A stretch of DNA of 64,000 nt, from the NCBI GenBank assembly GCA_965237805.1, contig OZ250153.1, forward strand, positions 32,001-96,000, read 5' to 3'. Each line of letters starts with the position of its first letter. The stretch's first letter is position 1. A program made the translations under genes and the position numbers. The stretch is from Gammaproteobacteria bacterium. GTDB lineage: Bacteria; Pseudomonadota; Gammaproteobacteria; JABABF01. The notes under the pieces were generated by a model, which saw only the letters and a program-made list of their open reading frames with translations, had not been told where the DNA came from and made no database searches. This document shows positions 9,026 to 18,950 of this stretch, one piece after another.

Positions 9026-11086
9026 ATGGCCCGTTCTTTTGTCCTCAAATCGGACTTCCATCCCGCTGGTGACCAGCCGCAGGCCATTCAAGGCTTGACA
9101 CAGGGTCTGGGCGACGGTCTGCAGACCCAATTGCTACTCGGGGTCACCGGCTCTGGCAAGACTTTTACCATCGCGCATGTGATCAGCGAGCTGCAACGCC
9201 CGACACTGATCATGGCACCGAATAAGACGCTGGCCGCGCAGCTCTACGGCGAGTTTCGCGAGCTGTTTCCGCGCAATGCAGTGGAATATTTCGTCTCCTA
9301 TTACGACTATTACCAGCCGGAAGCCTATATGCCAGCCACCGATACCTATATCGAAAAAGATGCCTCGATCAACGCCCATATCGAGCAGATGCGTCTGTCG
9401 GCCACCAAGGCGCTGCTGGAGCGTCGCGATACGGTGGTGATCGCCACGGTCTCGGCGATCTATGGTCTGGGGGATCCGCAGGCCTATCTCAGCATGATGC
9501 TGCATCTCTCGCGCGGCGAGCAGATCGAGCGCGGCGATATTCTGCGTCGCTTGGCCGAGCTGCAATACACTCGCAATGACTACGATTTCAAGCGCGGTGT
9601 CTACCGCGTGCGCGGCGATGTCATCGATGTCTACCCTGCCGATGAGGAAAAGGAGGCGCTGCGCATCAGTTTGTTCGACAGCGAGGTCGAGTCGCTCGCA
9701 CGCATCGACCCGCTCAGCGCTGAGGTGCTGCGTGAGTTGCCGCGCCTGACGATCTACCCTAAAACCCATTACGCCACGCCGCGCAAGACCTTGGAGCGCA
9801 TGGTCGGGCTGGTGCGGGAGGAGCTCGAGCAGCGGCTGGTGGAGCTGCGCCAAAATGCCAAGCTGCTCGAAGCGCAGCGGCTCGAGCAGCGCACGCGCTT
9901 TGATCTGGAGATGATCAGCGAGCTGGGCTACTGCAGCGGCATTGAGAACTACTCGCGCTATCTCTCCGGGCGTGCCGCTGGCGAGGCACCGCCGACGCTG
10001 TTCGACTATTTGCCGGAGGACGCTTTGCTGGTGGTTGACGAATCGCATGTCGCTGTGCCACAGATCGGCGCGATGTACCGCGGTGACCGTTCGCGCAAGG
10101 AAAAGCTGGTCGAATACGGATTTCGCCTGCCCTCGGCTTTGGACAACCGCCCGCTGCGCTTCGACGAATGGGAGCACAGCGCTCTGCAACGTATCCTGAT
10201 GTCGGCCACGCCGGGTCCCTACGAATACGAGCACGCCGACCAAGTGGTCGAGCAGCTGGTACGCCCCACCGGCATCATCGATCCGCAGATCTTGCTGCGT
10301 CCGGCACGTGATCAGGTTGACGATCTGCTCTCGGAGGTCGGCGAGCGCGCCGCCCGCGGCGAGCGCACACTGGTGACGACGCTGACCAAGCGCATGGCCG
10401 AGGATCTCAGCGAGTATTTGGCCGAGCACGGGGTGCGGGTGCGCTACTTGCACTCGGATATCGAGACGGTGGAGCGAGTCGAGATTTTGCGCGAGCTGCG
10501 GCTGGGCGACTTCGATGTGCTGGTCGGTATCAATCTGCTGCGCGAGGGGCTGGATTTGCCGGAGGTTTCGCTGGTCGCCATCCTTGATGCCGACCGCGAG
10601 GGCTATCTGCGCTCGGCGAGTGCGCTGGTGCAGACCATCGGTCGCGCTGCCCGCCATCTCAACGGCACGGCGATACTCTACGCCGACCAAACCACCAAGT
10701 CGATGCGTCGGGCCATCGACGAGACCGAGCGCCGCCGCGACCACCAACGAGCCTTCAACGCCGAGCACGGCATCCGGCCACAGAACGCACAGCGCAAGAT
10801 CAGCGATGTGATGGAGGCCGCCGGTGCATCCCACAGCAAGCAGGGCACGGGCAAGCGTGGTGCGGCCAAGTCCAAGCGTCCGGGAGAGCTTGGTGTGGAG
10901 CTGAGAGGGCTGTCGGCCAAGGACTTAGGGCGTACCATCAAGCAGCTGGAGAAAGCGATGTACCGCCATGCTGAAAATATGGAATACGAGGAGGCCGCGC
11001 AGTTGCGCGACCAGCTGACGGCGCTGCGCGAGGCGGTCTTCCGCAACGGTGTGGCAATAGGCGATGATGCACGCAAAATACTATAA
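9026..11086 (+). CDS. uvrB: Excinuclease ABC subunit B
   Basis: [53 protein letters not shown]-terminal [12 protein letters not shown]. Confidence 0.98.
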   Translation: MARSFVLKSDFHPAGDQPQAIQGLTQGLGDGLQTQLLLGVTGSGKTFTIAHVISELQRPTLIMAPNKTLAAQLYGEFRELFPRNAVEYFVSYYDYYQPEAYMPATDTYIEKDASINAHIEQMRLSATKALLERRDTVVIATVSAIYGLGDPQAYLSMMLHLSRGEQIERGDILRRLAELQYTRNDYDFKRGVYRVRGDVIDVYPADEEKEALRISLFDSEVESLARIDPLSAEVLRELPRLTIYPKTHYATPRKTLERMVGLVREELEQRLVELRQNAKLLEAQRLEQRTRFDLEMISELGYCSGIENYSRYLSGRAAGEAPPTLFDYLPEDALLVVDESHVAVPQIGAMYRGDRSRKEKLVEYGFRLPSALDNRPLRFDEWEHSALQRILMSATPGPYEYEHADQVVEQLVRPTGIIDPQILLRPARDQVDDLLSEVGERAARGERTLVTTLTKRMAEDLSEYLAEHGVRVRYLHSDIETVERVEILRELRLGDFDVLVGINLLREGLDLPEVSLVAILDADREGYLRSASALVQTIGRAARHLNGTAILYADQTTKSMRRAIDETERRRDHQRAFNAEHGIRPQNAQRKISDVMEAAGASHSKQGTGKRGAAKSKRPGELGVELRGLSAKDLGRTIKQLEKAMYRHAENMEYEEAAQLRDQLTALREAVFRNGVAIGDDARKIL

Positions 11087-11142
11087 TCGGCAACCGAAGC
11101 GGGTGGCGTGCGCGGCGCGTGGCGCAGCGGTGCTTTGGTTAC

Positions 11143-11220
11143 AGGCGCGTAGCTCAGTTGGTTTAGAGCACCACCTTGACATGGTGGGGGTCGTTGGTTC
11201 GAATCCAATCGCGCCTACCA
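11143..11220 (+). tRNA. tRNA-Val (GAC)
   Basis: AGGCGCG...CCACC TTGACAT GGTGG...GGTTCGAATCC...CGCGCCT ACCA; TATAAT at 11082-11087 upstream. Confidence 0.96.
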
Positions 11221-11250
11221 CTATTTTTCGCGGGCGGGATCAGCGGGCGC

Positions 11251-13179
11251 ATGCCGACAATCTCTCTGCCTGACGGCAGTTCACGCAATTACGAGCAGGC
11301 GATCAGTGCGGCTGAGCTCGCCGCTGACATCGGTCCTGGCTTGGCCAAGGCGGCGCTGGCTGCCGAAGTCGACGGGCGGCTGGTGGATCTCTGCGACCCG
11401 ATCACCGACGATTCCCAGCTGCGCTTGATCACCGCCCGCGATCCCGAGGGCTTGGAGGTCATACGCCACTCCTGTGCCCATCTGCTGGGGCAAGCTGTCA
11501 AGCAGCTGTTTCCCGCAGCGCAGATGGCGATCGGCCCGGTGATCGCACACGGCTTCTACTACGACATCGACTGTGAGCAACGCTTCACGCCGGATGATAT
11601 GGTGCGCATCGGCGAGCGCATGGCCGAGCTGATCGCCCAAGAATACGATGTGGTCAAGCACATGACACCGCGCGCCGAGGCATTGCGCATCTTCGAGGAG
11701 CGCGGCGAGCGCTACAAGTTGCGGCTGATCGAGGAGCTGCCCGATGCCGAGCTGTTGGGGCTGTACCACCATCAGGAATATGTCGATATGTGTCTCGGTC
11801 CCCATGTGCCGAACACCCGTTTTCTAAAGGCCTTCCAGCTGTCGCGGCTGGCTGGTGCCTACTGGCGTGGCGACACCGACAACGCGATGCTGCAACGCAT
11901 CTATGGCACCGCTTGGGGCACTGGCAAGCAGCTGCGCACGCACCTGCATCGTCTTGAGGAGGCCGAAAAGCGCGACCACCGCCGCCTCGGTGCACGCTTG
12001 GAGCTGTTTCACTTCGAGGAAGAGGCCCCCGGTATGGTCTTCTGGCACCAGCGTGGCTGGGTGCTCTACCGCTTGGTCGAAGCCCATATCCGCCATGCGC
12101 TGAACGGGGACTACCACGAGGTGCACACGCCACAGATGCTCGACCGCTCGCTGTGGGAGCGTTCCGGCCACTGGGACAAGTTCGGCGACATGATCTTCGT
12201 CACCAGCTCGGAGAAGCGTGACTACGCTGTCAAGCCGATGAATTGCCCAGCCCATGTACGGCTGTTCCAGCACCAGCTGCGCAGCCACCGCGAGCTGCCC
12301 TATCGCATCGCCGAGTTCGGCGTCGTCCACCGCAACGAGCCTTCTGGCACGCTGCACGGCTTGATGCGGGCGCGCCGCTTCACCCAAGACGATGCCCATA
12401 TCTTCTGTACCCCAGAGCAGCTGGATGCGGAGATCGGTCAGCTGCTACGGTTGGTCTTTGCTATCTACCGTGATTTCGGCTTCGAGCGCGAGGCGGTATC
12501 GCTGGGGCTGTCCACCCGCCCCGAGCAGCGCGTCGGTGACGAGGCGCTGTGGGATCGCGCCGAGGAGGCGCTGGCGGCGGCGTTGCGCGATGCCAGCTTG
12601 GAATTTGCTATTGCGCCGGGGGAGGGGGCCTTCTACGGCCCGAAAATCGATTTCACGCTGCGCGACAGTCTCGACCGTCAGTGGCAGTGCGGCACCATTC
12701 AACTCGACTTCTCAATGCCAGAGCGCCTCGGTGCGCACTATATCGACGAGGGCAGTGCGCGCCGTGCGCCGGTGATGATCCACCGTGCCGTGCTCGGCTC
12801 GCTGGAGCGTTTTATCGGTATTTTGATCGAGCACCACGACGGTGCCTTGCCGCTGTGGCTGGCACCGGTGCAAGCTGTGGTGCTCAACATCAGCGATGCC
12901 AGCGCCGAGCACGCACGCCGGGTAGCCGCCGCCTGCAACGCCGCCGGAGCGCGTGTCGAAACCGATCTCAGCAACGAGAAAATCGGTTTTAAGATCCGCC
13001 GACACAGCATGCAGAAGTTGCCCTATTTGCTGGTGGTCGGGAAGCGCGAGAGCGAGCGCGGCGAGGTGTCGGTGCGCGAGCGTGGCGGCAAAGATCTCGG
13101 CACCATGGCTGTGGCGGACTGTGTGGCCTTGTTCGCTGGTAGCAGTGTTGGCACAACGGGGCGCGACGCGCTAAAATAG
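11251..13179 (+). CDS. thrS: Threonyl-tRNA synthetase
   Basis: [59 protein letters not shown]. Confidence 0.98.
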   Translation: MPTISLPDGSSRNYEQAISAAELAADIGPGLAKAALAAEVDGRLVDLCDPITDDSQLRLITARDPEGLEVIRHSCAHLLGQAVKQLFPAAQMAIGPVIAHGFYYDIDCEQRFTPDDMVRIGERMAELIAQEYDVVKHMTPRAEALRIFEERGERYKLRLIEELPDAELLGLYHHQEYVDMCLGPHVPNTRFLKAFQLSRLAGAYWRGDTDNAMLQRIYGTAWGTGKQLRTHLHRLEEAEKRDHRRLGARLELFHFEEEAPGMVFWHQRGWVLYRLVEAHIRHALNGDYHEVHTPQMLDRSLWERSGHWDKFGDMIFVTSSEKRDYAVKPMNCPAHVRLFQHQLRSHRELPYRIAEFGVVHRNEPSGTLHGLMRARRFTQDDAHIFCTPEQLDAEIGQLLRLVFAIYRDFGFEREAVSLGLSTRPEQRVGDEALWDRAEEALAAALRDASLEFAIAPGEGAFYGPKIDFTLRDSLDRQWQCGTIQLDFSMPERLGAHYIDEGSARRAPVMIHRAVLGSLERFIGILIEHHDGALPLWLAPVQAVVLNISDASAEHARRVAAACNAAGARVETDLSNEKIGFKIRRHSMQKLPYLLVVGKRESERGEVSVRERGGKDLGTMAVADCVALFAGSSVGTTGRDALK

Positions 13180-13238
13180 GCGCAGATGGACATTTTGGTG
13201 TCTGTTGAAACCAGCACAGCAAAGTAGGAGGTGCAGCG

Positions 13239-14006
13239 ATCAGACCGAGATTGAGGCCAGAAGCCCCCAGCACTGACAGTGATACGCCGCTGAACGAGAA
13301 AATCGCGGCGCACAATGTGCGATTGATCACCCACGATGGTCATAACAAAGGCATTGTGGCGATGGAAGATGCCCTGCGCATGGCGCGCGAGCAGAGCTTG
13401 GATTTGGTGCAGATGACCCAAGATGAAGATCCCGTCGTGTGTCGCATCATGGACTACGGCAAGCACCAGTTTGCAAAGCGCAAGCAGGGTGCTGTCGCAC
13501 GGCGCAACCAGCATCGCATGCAGGTCAAAGAGGTGAAGTTTCGGGTCGCCACCGAGGCGGCCGACTACGAGGTCAAGCTGAAGCGTCTGCTGCTATTTCT
13601 CGGGCATGGCGATAAGGTGAAGATCACCTTGCGCTATCGAGGCCGCGAAATGATGCACCAAGAGCTCGGTTTGCAGATGTTGGAGCGGGTGCGCGACGAC
13701 CTCTCGGAGATCGGGTTTGTCGAGCACGATCCGGAGTTGGAGCGCCGCCAGCTGAGCATGGTGATCGCTCCCTATCGCAAAGGACAGCAAGGACAGAAGC
13801 CGCGATCGGGATCGGACAGCAGCCAAGGTGTAGCGCAAAACAGCGCGCTGAGCGATGGCCAAACGACAGCGTCTGCCACCGCCAACGCCAACAGCCCGCC
13901 GGCTACCGACGGGATACCCGCTACCGATACCGCCACCGCCAACAGCCCGCCGGCTACCGACGGGATACCAGCTACCGATACCGCCACAGACACTGAGCTT
14001 GGATAG
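13239..14006 (+). CDS. infC: Translation initiation factor IF-3 with C-terminal extension; probable ATC start
   Basis: LNEKI, VCRIMDYGK, QVKEVKFR, GDKVKITLRYRGREM; AGGAGG at 13226-13231 is 7 nt before in-frame ATC at 13239. Confidence 0.93.
   Translation: MRPRLRPEAPSTDSDTPLNEKIAAHNVRLITHDGHNKGIVAMEDALRMAREQSLDLVQMTQDEDPVVCRIMDYGKHQFAKRKQGAVARRNQHRMQVKEVKFRVATEAADYEVKLKRLLLFLGHGDKVKITLRYRGREMMHQELGLQMLERVRDDLSEIGFVEHDPELERRQLSMVIAPYRKGQQGQKPRSGSDSSQGVAQNSALSDGQTTASATANANSPPATDGIPATDTATANSPPATDGIPATDTATDTELG
13887..13988 (+). repeat. Tandem 51-bp duplication (2 copies) encoding ANSPPATDGIPATDTAT
   Basis: gccaacagcccgccggctaccgacgggataccNgctaccgataccgccacN at 13887-13937 and 13938-13988. Confidence 0.95.
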
Positions 14007-14009
14007 ACC

Positions 14010-14207
14010 ATGAGCAACGGAAAACAAAAAACCCACAGCGGTGCCGCCAAACGCTTCCGCAAGACGGCGGGTGGCTATCGCCATCGCAGTGCCAATCGCA
14101 GCCATCTGCTCACCGGCATGGGGCGGCGGCGCAAGCGCCGCTTGCGCGGGCCGAACATGATCAATCGCCACAATCTCAGAGCCGTGCGGCGCATGCTCGG
14201 CGACTGA
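14010..14207 (+). CDS. rpmI: 50S ribosomal protein L35
   Basis: KTHSGAAKRFRKT...HLL; position between infC and rplT. Confidence 0.93.
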   Translation: MSNGKQKTHSGAAKRFRKTAGGYRHRSANRSHLLTGMGRRRKRRLRGPNMINRHNLRAVRRMLGD

Positions 14208-14257
14208 CAGTTCACAGCCACACCAAAGCCCAGTATTAGGATCTAGGATCCCAGCCG

Positions 14258-14614
14258 ATGCCACGCAGCCGCAACTCAGTTCCCGGCCACCGCCGTCACC
14301 GCAAGGTGTTGCGGGCTGCACGCGGTTACCGCGGCGCACGCAGTCGCACTTTCCGCTCCGCCCGCACAGCCCTGCTGCGCGCTGGCAATTATGCCTACCG
14401 CGATCGTCGCCAACGCAAGCGCCAGTTCCGCTCACTGTGGGTGGCGCGCATCAACGCCGCCGCACGCGGCCACGAGCTGCCTTATAGCCGCTTCATGAAC
14501 GGCCTGCGCAAAGCGCAGATAGAGTTGGATCGGCGGGTGCTCGCCGAACTCGCCGTCAACGATAAGGCGGCCTTCGCCTCCTTGGTGGCAACGGCCAAAG
14601 CGGCGCTCGGCTGA
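14258..14614 (+). CDS. rplT: 50S ribosomal protein L20
   Basis: [46 protein letters not shown]. Confidence 0.97.
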   Translation: MPRSRNSVPGHRRHRKVLRAARGYRGARSRTFRSARTALLRAGNYAYRDRRQRKRQFRSLWVARINAAARGHELPYSRFMNGLRKAQIELDRRVLAELAVNDKAAFASLVATAKAALG

Positions 14615-14628
14615 GCCGGGGCATCCCG

Positions 14629-15678
14629 ATGGCTACGCCCGCCGGGCCAGAGGGGTTGGCGCGGCAGCTGGCGGAGATGGAAACGACGTTGCGCGAGGCA
14701 TCTGGGCAGGAGGTGCTGGAGCGGTTGCGCGTCGATTATTTGGGTCGCAACGGTGAGCTGCGTCAGCAGCTGCGTGCACTGGGAGAGCTGCCCCCTGAAC
14801 AGCGGCGTAGTGCCGGTATCTTGTTGAACGATGCGCGCCAGCGTCTCGAGCGCGCATTGGCAACGCGCCGCGATGAGCTGGTCACCGCCGCCGAGGCGGA
14901 GCGCATGGCCAGCGAGCAGGAAGATCTCAGCCTGCCCGGACGCGGCCAGCGCGGTGGCGGCTTGCATCCGGTGACGCTGGTGCTCGAGCGCATCGAAAGC
15001 TTGTTTAGCAGTGTCGGTTTCCGTGTCGCTGAAGGGCCGGAAGTCGAGGATGAAGAGCACAATTTCACCGCGCTGAACCTGCCTCCAGACCACCCGGCGC
15101 GGGCGATGCACGACACTTTTTACCTGCCCGGTGGGCGCTTGTTGCGCACCCATACCTCGCCGGTGCAGGTGCGGGTGCTGCGCAGCGAAGAGCCGCCCCT
15201 GCGCGTGATCTGTCCTGGGCGCGTCTACCGGCGCGACCTAGACATCAGCCACACGCCAGTGTTCCACCAAGTGGAGGGGCTGTGGGTCGACGACAGTGTC
15301 AATTTCAGCGAGCTGCACGGCATCATGATTGATTTCCTGCGTGCTTTCTTCGAGCGCGAGGACTTGCCAATACGCTTCCGCCCCTCCTATTTCCCCTTCA
15401 CCGAGCCCTCGGCCGAGCTCGACATCGGCTGCTTGCTCTGTGGCGGCGGCGGTTGTCGCAGCTGCTCCCACAGCGGCTGGCTCGAGGTTGCCGGTTGTGG
15501 CATGGTGCACCCGGAGGTCTTCGGGCACTCGGGCGTGGACGCTGAGCGCTATAACGGCTTCGCCTTCGGTATGGGGGTCGAGCGCCTCGCCATGCTGCAC
15601 TATGGCATCGGCGATTTGCGGCAACTGTATGAAAACGATTTGCGCTTTTTACGCCAGCTCGCCTGGGGGCTGCAGTGA
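14629..15678 (+). CDS. pheS: Phenylalanyl-tRNA synthetase alpha subunit
   Basis: [58 protein letters not shown]. Confidence 0.98.
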   Translation: MATPAGPEGLARQLAEMETTLREASGQEVLERLRVDYLGRNGELRQQLRALGELPPEQRRSAGILLNDARQRLERALATRRDELVTAAEAERMASEQEDLSLPGRGQRGGGLHPVTLVLERIESLFSSVGFRVAEGPEVEDEEHNFTALNLPPDHPARAMHDTFYLPGGRLLRTHTSPVQVRVLRSEEPPLRVICPGRVYRRDLDISHTPVFHQVEGLWVDDSVNFSELHGIMIDFLRAFFEREDLPIRFRPSYFPFTEPSAELDIGCLLCGGGGCRSCSHSGWLEVAGCGMVHPEVFGHSGVDAERYNGFAFGMGVERLAMLHYGIGDLRQLYENDLRFLRQLAWGLQ

Positions 15679-18083
15679 AGTTCAGTGAGCGTTGGTTGCG
15701 CGACTGGGTCGACCCGCCGGTAGACAGTGCGGAGCTGGCCGAGCAGTTGACGATGGCCGGGCTCGAGTTCGCTACCAGCGAGGCCATCGCCCCGGCCTTC
15801 GATGGTGTGTTGGTGGCCGAAATCACTGCGCTCGAATCCCACAGTGTCCGCCGTGTGCAGCTGTGTCGCTTGCACTGTGGAGAGGGGCGGGCAGATGCGA
15901 CTGTCATCAGCGGGATGCCGGGGCTCGCTGTCGGTCTACGTGTGCCCTATGCGCCACCCGGTGCGCAGCTGCCCGGTGGTGTGATGGAGGCGCGCGAGAT
16001 CGGTGGGGTGCTTTCCGAGGGCATGATCTGCGCGGGCGAAGAGCTGGGGCTCGGTGCCGAGGGACCGCCGCTGCTGCCGTTGCCGGAAGCGGCTCCCGGC
16101 ACACTGTTGGCACAGGCGCTGGCGTTCGACGATCGGCTGATCGAGCTGGAGCTGACGCCGAACCGGGGCGATTGCCTCAGCCTGCTCGGCATCGCCCGCG
16201 AAGTGGCCGCCCGCAATCGCTTGCCGTTGGCTCCAGCGGCGGCTGGCGGAGCGGCGGCGGTGTCAACCAGCTGCGATACGGCGCTGGAGGTGGAACTGCA
16301 GGCACCCGCCGACTGCCCGCTGTTCTGCGGCCGGGTGCTGCTCGACATCGATCTCAGTGCGCACACACCGGCGTGGATGCGCGAACGGCTACGTCGCTCT
16401 GGGATACGCGCCATCGATCCGGTGGTCGATGTCAGCAACTATGTGATGTTGGAGCTGGGGCAGCCCATGCACTGTTATGACTTGGCGCGCTTGCGTGGCC
16501 CGATCTCGGTGCGCCGCGCCCGCCCCGGCGAGGCTTTGCGCCTACTCGATGACAGCGAGCTGGAGCTGAGCGAGGAGGATCTGCTGATCGCTGACAGCGA
16601 GCGACCGCTGGGCTTGGCCGGCATCATGGGTGGTGCCGCCAGCGCCGTCGATCGTAGCAGCCGCAGTGTATTCTTGGAGGCCGCATTTTTCGACCCGCAG
16701 CTGATTGCCACTCGCAGCCGTGCGCGGCAGCTGCAAACCGATGCCTCGCGTCGCTTTGAGCGTCGGGTCGACCCGAATTTGCCGCAACGCGCCATAGAGC
16801 GCGCCACCGCCTTGCTGCTCGATATCGTCGGCGGCAAGCCGGGGCCAGTCACCGTGGCTCGGAGCGCCGAGCAGCTGCCGGTAGCGCCGCAGCTGCGGCT
16901 ACGTTATCAGCGCATCGGGCAGCTACTCGGCGACGCGCCATCGGTGGCAGAAGTCGTCGAACTGCTCGCCAGCATCGGCGTAGTTTTGGAAGAGGAGGAG
17001 GATGGTTGGCTGGCGCGGCCGCCGAGCTGGCGCGGCGATTTGACTCTGGAGGTCGATCTGATTGAGGAGATTGCGCGGTTGCGCGGCTACGACCAGCTGC
17101 CCAAGCGGCGTCCCAGCGCCCCCTGTGCCATCGCCGCTGGCCGTCACAATTGGGTGATGGGTCTGCGTCGGCGCATCGCGGCGCGCGGCTTTTTCGAGGT
17201 GCTCAATTTCAGTATGGCACCAGCTACATGGCAGCGCAGCTTGCACCCAGGGATCGAGGCTGTCGAGCTGTTGCAACCCCTGTCCCAAGAGCTCGGCGAG
17301 CTGCGGCTCAGCCTATGGAGCGGGCTGTTGGCCAACGCCCAGCATAACCAGCGGCGCGGTGAAGGCCGCCTGCGATTGTTCGAGATCGGGCATTGTTTTG
17401 CCCCGGGGGCGGAGGGCGAGGTGCTGGAATCCGAGCGGCTGGGGTTGCTCAGCTGCGGTGCGCGCTGGCCAGAAAACTGGAGTCATGCTGCCGATCGCGC
17501 TGACTGCGATGCCCATGACCTCAAGGGTGAACTCGAGTCCTTGCTGCCCGATGGCGCTGAGGTGGCATGGCGGTTCAGTGCTGGCGACAGTCCGTCGCTA
17601 CATCCGGGTCGCCAAGCGGTGTTGTGCCGTGATGGTGAATTGGTCGGCAGAGTGGGGCAATTGCACCCGGCGATCGTGCGCGAGCTGGAGCTGGACACAG
17701 TTCCCTGCCTCGCCGAGCTGCGGTTGGATGCCTTGGCGGAGCGCTGGCGGCGGGCACCGCTCAGCCCGCCGCTGCGATCGCCAGCACTGTTGCGCGACTT
17801 GGCGCTGGTGGTCCCCGAGGAGATGCCTGCCGCCGATATTGAGCAGCAGCTGCGTTGCGCACTCGGTTCGGACTTGGAGCGTATCGTGCCCTTTGACCTC
17901 TATTGCGGAGCGGGCATCCCCAGTGGGCACAAGAGTTTGGCTTTCCGTTTGGTGATGCGTCGCGCCACCGGATCTTTCAGCGAAGAGGAGGCAAGTGTTA
18001 TACTAAAACGAGTAATAAAGCGGTTGGAAAGCGACCACGGCATCTTTTTACGTGCCGCGCCGGTTGCGATGGACAGTACTTGA
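15675..18083 (+). CDS. pheT: Phenylalanyl-tRNA synthetase beta subunit
   Basis: [58 protein letters not shown]. Confidence 0.97.
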   Translation: MKFSERWLRDWVDPPVDSAELAEQLTMAGLEFATSEAIAPAFDGVLVAEITALESHSVRRVQLCRLHCGEGRADATVISGMPGLAVGLRVPYAPPGAQLPGGVMEAREIGGVLSEGMICAGEELGLGAEGPPLLPLPEAAPGTLLAQALAFDDRLIELELTPNRGDCLSLLGIAREVAARNRLPLAPAAAGGAAAVSTSCDTALEVELQAPADCPLFCGRVLLDIDLSAHTPAWMRERLRRSGIRAIDPVVDVSNYVMLELGQPMHCYDLARLRGPISVRRARPGEALRLLDDSELELSEEDLLIADSERPLGLAGIMGGAASAVDRSSRSVFLEAAFFDPQLIATRSRARQLQTDASRRFERRVDPNLPQRAIERATALLLDIVGGKPGPVTVARSAEQLPVAPQLRLRYQRIGQLLGDAPSVAEVVELLASIGVVLEEEEDGWLARPPSWRGDLTLEVDLIEEIARLRGYDQLPKRRPSAPCAIAAGRHNWVMGLRRRIAARGFFEVLNFSMAPATWQRSLHPGIEAVELLQPLSQELGELRLSLWSGLLANAQHNQRRGEGRLRLFEIGHCFAPGAEGEVLESERLGLLSCGARWPENWSHAADRADCDAHDLKGELESLLPDGAEVAWRFSAGDSPSLHPGRQAVLCRDGELVGRVGQLHPAIVRELELDTVPCLAELRLDALAERWRRAPLSPPLRSPALLRDLALVVPEEMPAADIEQQLRCALGSDLERIVPFDLYCGAGIPSGHKSLAFRLVMRRATGSFSEEEASVILKRVIKRLESDHGIFLRAAPVAMDST

Positions 18084-18085
18084 AA

Positions 18086-18406
18086 GTGGCAAAACCAGTC
18101 TTGGCAGTCGGTGAAGGCAAGCTGGTGCGCGCCGCTCTCGCCGAGCGATTGCATCGGGAGATCGGATTCAACAAGCGCGAGGCTCGGGATTTGGTTGGCA
18201 GCATCATCGAAGAGGTCTGCGCTGCCCTCGGCGAGGGTGAGGAGGTCAAGCTGAGCGAGCTTGGCCATTTCCGCCTGCATCATTGCAGGCAACGACCCGG
18301 TCGCAACCCGCGTACCGGTGAGCCGGTACCGGTGCCCGCGCACCGTGCCGTCAGCTTCTACCTAGGTCCTAAACTTAAGACCCAGTTGGGTGCCTCCAAT
18401 GGCTAA
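18086..18406 (+). CDS. ihfA: Integration host factor alpha
   Basis: GFNKREARDLV, GEEVKLS, RPGRNPRTGEPVPV; canonical position after pheT; GTG start inferred. Confidence 0.9.
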   Translation: MAKPVLAVGEGKLVRAALAERLHREIGFNKREARDLVGSIIEEVCAALGEGEEVKLSELGHFRLHHCRQRPGRNPRTGEPVPVPAHRAVSFYLGPKLKTQLGASNG

Positions 18407-18782
18407 GACACAGCGTGCGACGGTGCGCCGCGATGTCGCCAAGGTCGATGAGCGTTGGCTCGGCGGCTTGCCCGATAAGCGTTATTTCACCATCAGCGAG
18501 GCTGGCAAGCTGTGCGGTGTGCAACAGCATGTGTTGCGTTATTGGGAAGAGGAATTCCCAATGCTCAGCCCGCAACGGCGCAATAATCGGCGCTACTATC
18601 AGCGGGCGGACTTGATCTTGGTACACCAAATCCAGCAGCTATTGCGCGCAGAGGGTTATACCGTCAGCGGTGCGCGCAACCTGCTCGCCGGTGAGCGCGG
18701 GCGCAACGATAGCTCCTTGCGTCGTGAGTTGTTGCGCGGTCTGATCAAGGATCTTGAAACTCTGCGCACGATGCTCAACTAA
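18399..18782 (+). CDS. MerR-family HTH regulator (ihfA-associated)
   Basis: PDKRYFTISEAGKLCGVQQHVLRYWEEEF...RRYY...EGYTVSGAR. Confidence 0.9.
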   Translation: MAKTQRATVRRDVAKVDERWLGGLPDKRYFTISEAGKLCGVQQHVLRYWEEEFPMLSPQRRNNRRYYQRADLILVHQIQQLLRAEGYTVSGARNLLAGERGRNDSSLRRELLRGLIKDLETLRTMLN

Positions 18783-18842
18783 ATCAGATGGTTGCCCCCC
18801 CTTGCCGAGCAAGCTGACTTGTCCGGACGATTGTCGATAAAA

Positions 18843-18919
18843 CGGGGCGTGGCGCAGTCTGGTAGCGCACCACACTGGGGGTGTGGTGGTCGCTGGTTCA
18901 AATCCAGCCGTCCCGACCA
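18843..18919 (+). tRNA. tRNA-Pro (GGG)
   Basis: CGGGGCGTGGCGCAGTCTGGTAGCGCACCACACTGGGGGTGTGGTGGTCGCTGGTTCAAATCCAGCCGTCCCGACCA. Confidence 0.96.
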
Positions 18920-18950
18920 GCCCGCACCGCTTCGTTTTGCCCTCGGCACC

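Noticed and set aside
9134-10834. 566-aa minus-strand ORF, and similar long antisense ORFs such as 25724-26713 and 44194-45105
   Set aside because: Shadow frames opposite uvrB, ALDH/GMC and topA; expected in GC-rich DNA, with no recognisable motifs
11176-11250. thrS ORF extension into tRNA-Val
   Set aside because: ThrS homology starts at ATG 11251 ([10 protein letters not shown]), so the overlap is an ORF-caller artefact, unlike the tRNA-Pro case
13887-13988. Direct repeats as a possible CRISPR array
   Set aside because: Two abutting in-frame copies, no spacers, no cas genes
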